From Candidatus Woesearchaeota archaeon (GTDB lineage: Archaea > Nanobdellota > Nanobdellia > Woesearchaeales > B72-G16): a stretch of 36,695 nt of DNA. A program made the position numbers and the translations under genes. Of the stretch, positions 30,861 through 36,695 are shown one piece after another; the first letter of the stretch is position 1, and the number at the start of each line of letters is the position of its first letter. The notes beneath the pieces are model-generated. The model was not told the DNA's origin. It did not search any database and saw only the letters and a list, made by a program, of their open reading frames with translations. The DNA is taken from contig QMQO01000001.1 in the NCBI GenBank assembly GCA_003650545.1, forward strand, positions 68,845 through 105,539, read 5' to 3'.

Positions 30861-30952
30861 ATTTTTATTTTAAGTTTTTATCAAATCCTAAAAACCAGCT
30901 TTTAGTTGGTTCATGGTAAATGATCGTAAAGTTTATCATGAGGTAAACGACC

Positions 30953-31264
30953 ATGCAAAAAGCTAGAATCAAGATTGCAAGTGCAGATATAGATAAAGTG
31001 AACCAAGTATGTGACCAGATTAGAGGTATTGTTGAGCAGGTTGGTGTTGATATGCGTGGTCCGATACCTTTGCCGACCAAAAAATTAAAGGTTACAACAA
31101 GACGTTCTCCCTGTGGCGATGGAAAGGCTACTTGGGAGCGCTATGAAATGCGTATCCATAAAAGGTTGATTGATGTTTCAGTTGATGAACGAGTTCTTAG
31201 GTTGATTATGAGGGTTGCTATCCCTGAAGGATTAAATATAGAGATTGAGATGGTTGGAGGATAA
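30953..31264 (+). CDS. rps10: 30S ribosomal protein S10 (uS10)
   Basis: RGPIPLPTKKLKVTTRRSPCGDG...WERYEMRIHKRLID. Confidence 0.96.
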   Translation: MQKARIKIASADIDKVNQVCDQIRGIVEQVGVDMRGPIPLPTKKLKVTTRRSPCGDGKATWERYEMRIHKRLIDVSVDERVLRLIMRVAIPEGLNIEIEMVGG

Positions 31265-31265
31265 T

Positions 31266-31273
31266 TTTATAAA
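31266..31273 (+). promoter_or_regulatory. Putative TATA box for tRNA-Ser(GGA)
   Basis: TTTATAAA lies 26-33 nt upstream of the tRNA. Confidence 0.55.
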
Positions 31274-31298
31274 TCAAGTATTATTCTTCTAATGTAAA

Positions 31299-31555
31299 GC
31301 CGCGGTCGCATAACCTGGTACGCTTACTCGCTTATGTTCGTAAAGCGTACATCTTCCACACTATTGATGGGCTTCGCTTGGCGTGTCCTATCCTGAGCAA
31401 TGGAAGAATGATGGAAGAATGTTATGTGCGATGTGTATGTGAGAAGCGCAGGAGATTGCGCTGGATTGGAGATCCAGTTCCTTTGGGAATTGTGGGTTCA
31501 AAAACGTTGAAGCAAAACTGAAGAAACTTCACGATTGAATTTCCCACCCGCGGCG
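31299..31555 (+). tRNA. tRNA-Ser(GGA) with two BHB introns: 31320-31454 (135 nt, D-loop 20/21) and 31503-31541 (39 nt, 59/60)
   Basis: Spliced 83-nt cloverleaf GCCGCGG...CTGGA TT-GGA-GA TCCAG, long variable arm, GTGGG TTCAAAT CCCAC CCGCGGC G. The length and body match tRNA-Ser(CGA). Confidence 0.9.
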
Positions 31556-31579
31556 TATTTAAAATGAAAATTATTTAAA

Positions 31580-32581
31580 ATGAAAATAGCTATATTGAGT
31601 GGAGGAAAGTGGGGAACAACCCTTTCTGTTCTATATGCACATAAATACCCTGATAGTAAAGTCAAGTTTTGGATACGTGCAGAAAGTAAATACCGGGATC
31701 AACCATTAGTAGAATATATAAAAACAAATAGAGTGAATCCAAAAAGATTTCTCGATATAAAAGTTCCTAATAATGTTTTTGTTTCTTCAGACATAAAATC
31801 TGTTGTTAATGATGTTGATATTGTTCTTTCTGCAATTCCTTCAGAATACCTGAAAGAACATCTTCCGAAACTAAAAGGACTTAATTTTAAACAGTTTGTG
31901 AACTGTTCAAAAGGAATTGTTGATGATAAACCTATTTCATTTTATTTTAAGAGTCTTTTAGCTGGGGTGCCATATGCAACTATTTCTGGACCAAATATCG
32001 CTAATGAGATTATTGCAAATTTTAATGATAGAGGCAAGATAAATCCTTCATTTGCAACTATTGCTTTTGATAATGAAAACGCTATACAAGATTTGGTTTC
32101 AATATTAGATTTTAAACCTTATTTTATATTAGATCCACATAACGATATAAAATCAGTAGAATACTGCGGAATACTTAAACAGGTATATGCTTTAGCATTA
32201 GGTATCTGCGTTGGACTTGGTTATAGTGGAAATACCATTGCAGGGCTTTTCCACGCATGTGGTAGAGAAATTAAAAAACTGTTGGCGTTTCTAAATGCAA
32301 ATCCTAATGTGTATGACGAGACATATGCTGGCTATCCTGATCTGGAAGTGACTTATAAGTTCGCTAGACATGGAAGAACAGGCAAACTTATAGCTGAACA
32401 TGGCTTAAATGCTGCGAAAGAAGAGATGAAGGGTGAATGTATAGAAGGATTTAGGGTGCTTGAATCTATGTATAAACTAACAAATGATCTGATACATTTA
32501 CCCATCTTGAAATGGTTATATTCGATTATTTATCAGGAAGATGATATTAAACCAATATCTGAATTGGTAAATTCTTTTTAG
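31580..32581 (+). CDS. gpsA: NAD(P)H-dependent glycerol-3-phosphate dehydrogenase-like protein (GpsA family, divergent)
   Basis: KIAILSGGKWGT, NCSKG, ISGPNIANE and VEYCGILKQVYALALG. The usual GLGDL..TC..SRN region reads GYPDLEVTYKFARH. Confidence 0.8.
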   Translation: MKIAILSGGKWGTTLSVLYAHKYPDSKVKFWIRAESKYRDQPLVEYIKTNRVNPKRFLDIKVPNNVFVSSDIKSVVNDVDIVLSAIPSEYLKEHLPKLKGLNFKQFVNCSKGIVDDKPISFYFKSLLAGVPYATISGPNIANEIIANFNDRGKINPSFATIAFDNENAIQDLVSILDFKPYFILDPHNDIKSVEYCGILKQVYALALGICVGLGYSGNTIAGLFHACGREIKKLLAFLNANPNVYDETYAGYPDLEVTYKFARHGRTGKLIAEHGLNAAKEEMKGECIEGFRVLESMYKLTNDLIHLPILKWLYSIIYQEDDIKPISELVNSF

Positions 32582-32818
32582 GATTATGGTAGTTTATTTT
32601 GGTTGGATCAAAGGAGTAAAGCAAGAAAGAACCTTAATTTCCGATTACCTTATTTTCGGTTTAACTTAATTAATTTTAACCAGTTGCATAATTTCAATTT
32701 TACAATTACAGAAACCTTTAAAAATAAATGATTTTCTTGTGTACATATATATAGTTAGTATGTACAGTTAGTTATTTAGGTTATTTAGTATGTTTAAAAT
32801 AGCAGGATAAAAATTAGT

Positions 32819-32893
32819 GCCTCTGTAGTGTAGTCCGGCCAATCATATTGCCCTCTCGAGGCAATGACCCGGGTTCAAATCCCGGCGGAGGCA
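32819..32893 (+). tRNA. tRNA-Glu(CTC), no intron
   Basis: GCCTCTG...TTGCC CT-CTC-GA GGCAA TGAC CCGGG TTCAAAT CCCGG CGGAGGC A. Confidence 0.95.
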
Positions 32894-33029
32894 TCCTAAG
32901 GTTATTCTTTCAAAGAGGTATTCTTGCTAAAGTGTAAATATTATTATTCTCACGATAAAAGTTCCAAAAATACTATGAATGCTGGAATTGCAATCAATCT
33001 GATTCAGTCTACTGGGATTTGATTAGACT

Positions 33030-33476
33030 TTACTTCAATAATAACTTCTTAGCTTTCTTCTTTAACTGTGCAACCTTTGGCAATGTTATCTTTAAAACAC
33101 CATTCTTAAACTCGGATTTTGCCTTATCAGGGTTAACAATTGCAGGTAGTGTAAACGCTCTATAAAAACCACTATAAGATCGCTCTTGTCTGTAGAAATC
33201 TTTTTTCTTAACCTCGATTTCTTCCTTTTTTTTAGCTTTTATCTCTATTCTTTCGGGTTCGACATTGATGATGATGTCTTTCTTATCGATACCTGGAAGC
33301 TCCGCAGTAATTTCTATTGCATTCTTCTTGTCCCTAACATCAACCAATGGCTGTCTTAACTGTATACCAGTTCTTTTCATAATCTTTTTCTGTTCAGCCC
33401 AGAAGTCATCAAACATCTTATCCATTTCCCTTCGAAAACGTTTCATTTCTTCAAAAGGATCCCAGATGTCTTTCAT
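33030..33476 (-). CDS. hsp20: Small heat shock protein (Hsp20/alpha-crystallin)
   Basis: PLVDVRD...AELPGIDKKDI...ERSYSGFYRAFTLP...FKNGVLKITLPK. Confidence 0.93.
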   Translation of the reverse strand: MKDIWDPFEEMKRFRREMDKMFDDFWAEQKKIMKRTGIQLRQPLVDVRDKKNAIEITAELPGIDKKDIIINVEPERIEIKAKKKEEIEVKKKDFYRQERSYSGFYRAFTLPAIVNPDKAKSEFKNGVLKITLPKVAQLKKKAKKLLLK

Positions 33477-33600
33477 GGTGTATCACCTCCTTTTTAGACG
33501 TAGTTTCGAATTACTATTTATAGCTTTGTATTTTTAAGAAATCAAGCATAGTCCCTTGTTTGATAATTTATATAAAATATAAGTTAATTCTTTTATCTTT

Positions 33601-34137
33601 ATGGCACACACAAAACCAATACCAAAGGTTAAACTTTTTATAGGAATAATGTATGTTAATGAAACTTTCTTTAATAAGGCTGTTGAAATCTTAAAGCAGT
33701 CTTTTGGTGAAGTAGAAGACATATCCGAAAGTTATAATTTTAATCAGTTTACGGATTACTATAACAATGAGATGGGCGATGGGCAAGTGAAAAGATTTAT
33801 CGTTTTCAGGGATTTAATAGATAGGGATGAACTGGCGAATATTAAACATCTAACGAACAAGATTGAAGACGATTTTGCAGTGAATGGTAAACGCTTGATC
33901 AACTTAGATCCTGGCTATCTTACTGAGCATAACGTGGTTTTAGCAAGTGCCAAGGAACAACCGCACAAGGTTTCAATTGGTATGGGTATGTTTGGTGATG
34001 TTGTGCTCGTCTATAGAAGTGGTAACTATAGAAGCTATTTTAAAACATTTGCAGATTATAAAACAGAATTTGTACAGAAATATTTATTAAGTGTAAGAAA
34101 AAAGTATCTTCTGCAAAGGAGGTCGGAAAATGTGTGA
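33601..34137 (+). CDS. DUF4416-family protein
   Basis: FTDYYNNEMG, LANIKHLTNKIE and RLINLDPGYL...VVLASAK. Confidence 0.75.
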   Translation: MAHTKPIPKVKLFIGIMYVNETFFNKAVEILKQSFGEVEDISESYNFNQFTDYYNNEMGDGQVKRFIVFRDLIDRDELANIKHLTNKIEDDFAVNGKRLINLDPGYLTEHNVVLASAKEQPHKVSIGMGMFGDVVLVYRSGNYRSYFKTFADYKTEFVQKYLLSVRKKYLLQRRSENV

Positions 34138-34417
34138 AAATTGTGGATGTGGTTGTGAAAGAAAGGATGTTGATTGTTGCGAGAGCTGTGGAATGCCGAT
34201 GGAGTCTGTTGAGATGAGAGGGGGGGCTAAACCAGATAATAAGTATTGCAAGTATTGTTGTGACGAAAATGGCAATCTCAAGAGTAAGGAGGAAGTAAGG
34301 AAGGGGATGATTGAGTTTTATAAAGCGCAAGGAAAAAGTCAGGAAGAAGCTGAAAAGTTTGTTGACGATTATATGAAGAAGATGCCTGCTTGGAAAGAAG
34401 GAAAAGAAGGAGAATAA
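34130..34417 (+). CDS. Putative zinc-ribbon protein
   Basis: CESCGMPM...YCKYC...MKKMPAWK, with an extra Cys-rich N-terminus. Confidence 0.75.
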   Translation: MCENCGCGCERKDVDCCESCGMPMESVEMRGGAKPDNKYCKYCCDENGNLKSKEEVRKGMIEFYKAQGKSQEEAEKFVDDYMKKMPAWKEGKEGE

Positions 34418-34446
34418 ACTCAAATTAAAATGAAGGAGGTAATAAA

Positions 34447-34686
34447 ATGAAGAGTGGTGAGGCATTTAAATGGGTTGTATCAACAATAGCTAGTTATTTC
34501 TGCATTTACATAGCATTTTACATTATTAAGAATGTTTCTGTGATTAATCTTTGGCTATGGTCATTGATATTTTTGGTGCTGTTGTTCATAGCAATACTGG
34601 TGTGTCCATTCTTAAATAAAATGCTCTGTACATGTCAAACAGCTAAAAATCCCAAAAGAAAAAAAAGTAATACGGTCGTGGTCTAG
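34447..34686 (+). CDS. Small two-TM protein whose 3' end overlaps the tRNA-Gly gene
   Basis: Strong AGGAGGT SD motif; the TAG stop at 34684-34686 lies inside the tRNA D-arm. Confidence 0.6.
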   Translation: MKSGEAFKWVVSTIASYFCIYIAFYIIKNVSVINLWLWSLIFLVLLFIAILVCPFLNKMLCTCQTAKNPKRKKSNTVVV

Positions 34687-34828
34687 TGGTATGACCGCAC
34701 CCTCCCAATCTCTCAACCACAAGCAAAATTTTTGTGGAATAATAGGCGAGAGGTGCTAACCCGGGTTCGAAAGATTGTTAGGGTTAAGTCAAACCTGAAC
34801 CCTATCAGCGAAAATCCCGGCGGCCGTA
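34672..34828 (+). tRNA. Probable tRNA-Gly(CCC) with two introns: ~34707-34750 (37/38) and 34772-34814 (59/60); anticodon arm anomalous by 1 nt
   Basis: Acceptor ACGGTCG/CGGCCGT with discriminator A; D-arm GTCTAGTGGTATGAC; anticodon stem GCACC/GGTGC; 4-nt variable loop; T-arm CCGGG TTCGAA|T CCCGG with a perfect TTCG/CGAA BHB helix. Confidence 0.75.
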
Positions 34829-34846
34829 TTTTATCCGTATTTTATA

Positions 34847-35038
34847 TTAATTTATGGCTTTAAATTTTTTTATGCTTCTGTCATAGGTGCGTTCTATATC
34901 ATCCGGAAAAAAGCATGCTGGTAACTCACCTAAATTTTTATGATAAGCAATACACTCACAGCAGATACCTTTTTTGTCGCAGGGATAGGTGCAGTTGCAA
35001 TTCTTTAGATTTTCTTGCTTGTTTGGACAAGGTTTCAT
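34847..35038 (-). CDS. Small Cys-rich protein (DUF6485-like)
   Basis: [31 protein letters not shown]...ERTYDRS. Confidence 0.7.
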   Translation of the reverse strand: MKPCPNKQENLKNCNCTYPCDKKGICCECIAYHKNLGELPACFFPDDIERTYDRSIKKFKAIN

Positions 35039-35060
35039 GATTATGCTTGGTTTGGTAATG

Positions 35061-35068
35061 TTTATAAA
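35061..35068 (+). promoter_or_regulatory. Putative TATA box for tRNA-Ser(CGA); may be shared with the divergent small gene
   Basis: TTTATAAA lies 26-33 nt upstream of the tRNA. Confidence 0.55.
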
Positions 35069-35093
35069 GATTGTTATATTCTATGTGTGATGA

Positions 35094-35204
35094 GCCGCGG
35101 TGGCACAATTAGGTACTGCGCTCGCCTCGAGAGCGAGTTCCTTCGGGAATTCCCGGTTCAAAAGCGTTGAATAAACTTAACGATTGAAAATCCGGGCCGC
35201 GGCG
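35094..35204 (+). tRNA. tRNA-Ser(CGA) with one 28-nt BHB intron at 35163-35190 (59/60)
   Basis: GCCGCGG...CTCGC CT-CGA-GA GCGAG, long variable arm, CCCGG TTCAAA|T CCGGG CCGCGGC G; central helix TTCA/TGAA. Confidence 0.93.
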
Positions 35205-35304
35205 TTTTATTACTATTATTATCATGAAATCATAATACTTTTTGTAACTATCTAGTGACTAAAAAAAGACAAAATTTATATATTTTGAATCTATTATTCT
35301 CTTT

Positions 35305-36048
35305 ATGGAATTTATATGGGGTCCAGAGCTTGATAAAGTCGTTATAGAAGGATTAAAATTAATAGATAAAATAAAGATAAGTGGCTTTAACATAGAAGAT
35401 GATTTATTTCTTAATGAAATTTCTATACATGTAAAATATTATCACTCTGTTAAACAGCATATTGATAATATTAAACAGCATTTACAAACAGAATTTTTTA
35501 ATAAGGACAAAGTTGAATACGTCTTAAGGGAACATTTAAAGGACGGTTTATTCAAATGGGAAAAAAGATTTAAACATCAAGAAGATTATAAATATATTGT
35601 ACTCATAAAAAAAGGACAAGAACATGTAATTAAAAGGATAAATTATGACGAAACCTTTGACTATATTGATACAAATCTTGTGATGGCTGTATCAAAAAAC
35701 CATGTGTTAACATACACATTAGATAATGATTATATACTTAATTTCCTTGAAATATTAATCAATAGTACAGACCCCTCTATGTCACCAGTAAATGATTGGT
35801 GCGACGAGGTGCCTTTAATAGTGTTTAAAGACAAACAAAATATTATAACTTTAGACGATAAATTAAAAAATAATTTTGGTGAGGCTATTAATATTAAATT
35901 TATTAAGGATAAGTACTGTATACAAAGTTTACAAACTACAGAGAAAGCAGAAAAAGCTCTTAAGAGACTTGTTAAGTACGAATGTGATTTTAGAATTGAA
36001 AAAGAAAGGAGGTTAGTTAATAAAAAGTTCTTAGAATATTTAATTTAA
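35305..36048 (+). CDS. Hypothetical protein (AT-rich)
   Basis: 247 aa ORF with no recognised motif. Confidence 0.6.
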   Translation: MEFIWGPELDKVVIEGLKLIDKIKISGFNIEDDLFLNEISIHVKYYHSVKQHIDNIKQHLQTEFFNKDKVEYVLREHLKDGLFKWEKRFKHQEDYKYIVLIKKGQEHVIKRINYDETFDYIDTNLVMAVSKNHVLTYTLDNDYILNFLEILINSTDPSMSPVNDWCDEVPLIVFKDKQNIITLDDKLKNNFGEAINIKFIKDKYCIQSLQTTEKAEKALKRLVKYECDFRIEKERRLVNKKFLEYLI

Positions 36049-36321
36049 AGAACTCCCGCTAGTTATTCCTATGATATAAGGATTTTTTCTTTGATTGCGT
36101 TCTTGCGTATATTCTGCAAGGTTTTTATCCTCAAAAGACCTTACTATAATATTGCCGCCTTGATGAAACCAATCAGTCAGGCTCATACTTTGTTCTATTA
36201 AATAAGTCTTTATTTCTCTCCTTAAACTAGCGTCTCTAAGGTCCGGATCTTCGTCTATTCTTTCTAATAGATCTTTTTCTACATCGTTTCTTGGTTTTGT
36301 GGGTGTTTTTAACATATTCAT
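36040..36321 (-). CDS. Hypothetical protein
   Basis: 93 aa ORF with a TATA-like sequence upstream. Confidence 0.45.
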   Translation of the reverse strand: MNMLKTPTKPRNDVEKDLLERIDEDPDLRDASLRREIKTYLIEQSMSLTDWFHQGGNIIVRSFEDKNLAEYTQERNQRKNPYIIGITSGSSLN

Positions 36322-36370
36322 TATAAAAAGCTATACAACATTAAAATATATAAATATTTCTATTATTTGG

Positions 36371-36529
36371 TTAAGTAAGGTTGGTGGTGCTGGCAAACAT
36401 TCGGTTATGATGATATAACCATAAACCAGAGAATGCTAGAGCGCCCCTCGCGCTTTGGAATGTGCTGAACCATTTAAATCTGCGTTTGATTTTCTCTTCT
36501 AGCTTCTTTGTAGGCATTGTTTTTTTCAT
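36371..36529 (-). pseudogene. Possible C-terminal remnant of a DDE (IS6-like) transposase
   Basis: A 52 aa reading frame, ...KIKRRFKWFSTFQSARGALAFSGLWLYHHN..., resembles transposase C-termini. Recognised by pattern only. Confidence 0.3.
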
Positions 36530-36583
36530 CGGATAAATCCGATTCTATACTATATAGTTTTGATAATTTTTCATTAAATGAAA

Positions 36584-36695
36584 GAGTGCGCAGCGAAAAT
36601 TTCGGCGCACTCAACTTGACGCGATCAAGTTAGTGTAAGCTTTCGTTGCGTGGAGGCAACGAAAATGAAAGGTTTAAAACACTTCACCCATTCAG
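36584..36695 (+). mobile_element. Probable left end of an IS200/IS605-family element: three hairpins and the start of a TnpA-like ORF at 36665 that runs off the window
   Basis: Hairpins at 36584-36612, 36613-36631 and 36641-36664; GGAGG then ATG, giving MKGLKHFTHS..., similar to Y1 TnpA N-termini. Only 10 codons are visible. Confidence 0.45.

Overview
This is a low-GC archaeal chromosome segment. Gene content and protein families point to DPANN, probably Woesearchaeales/Nanobdellota (inference). From left to right it holds: two large surface proteins and an RHH gene; a pair of tandem hypothetical paralogs; a Hel308 helicase lacking RecA domain 1, next to scpA; a three-gene surface-protein operon; a tRNA-Asn/tRNA-Ile pair; a decaying segment with two broken genes; carS and membrane proteins; alba and rps17e; rpl7ae-rps28e-rpl24e-ndk-adk; EF-2, EF-1alpha, rps10 and tRNA-Ser; gpsA; hsp20; more tRNAs; and probably the left end of an IS200-like element. 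The main result is an invasion by bulge-helix-bulge (BHB) introns. Five of the six tRNA genes carry 13 introns in total, including five in tRNA-Asn and three in tRNA-Ile. The EF-2 gene is interrupted inside its GTPase P-loop (AHID|HGKTT) by a 32-nt, stop-containing, frame-breaking BHB intron, so its mRNA must be spliced to give EF-2. All structures were folded by eye and no database searches were run.
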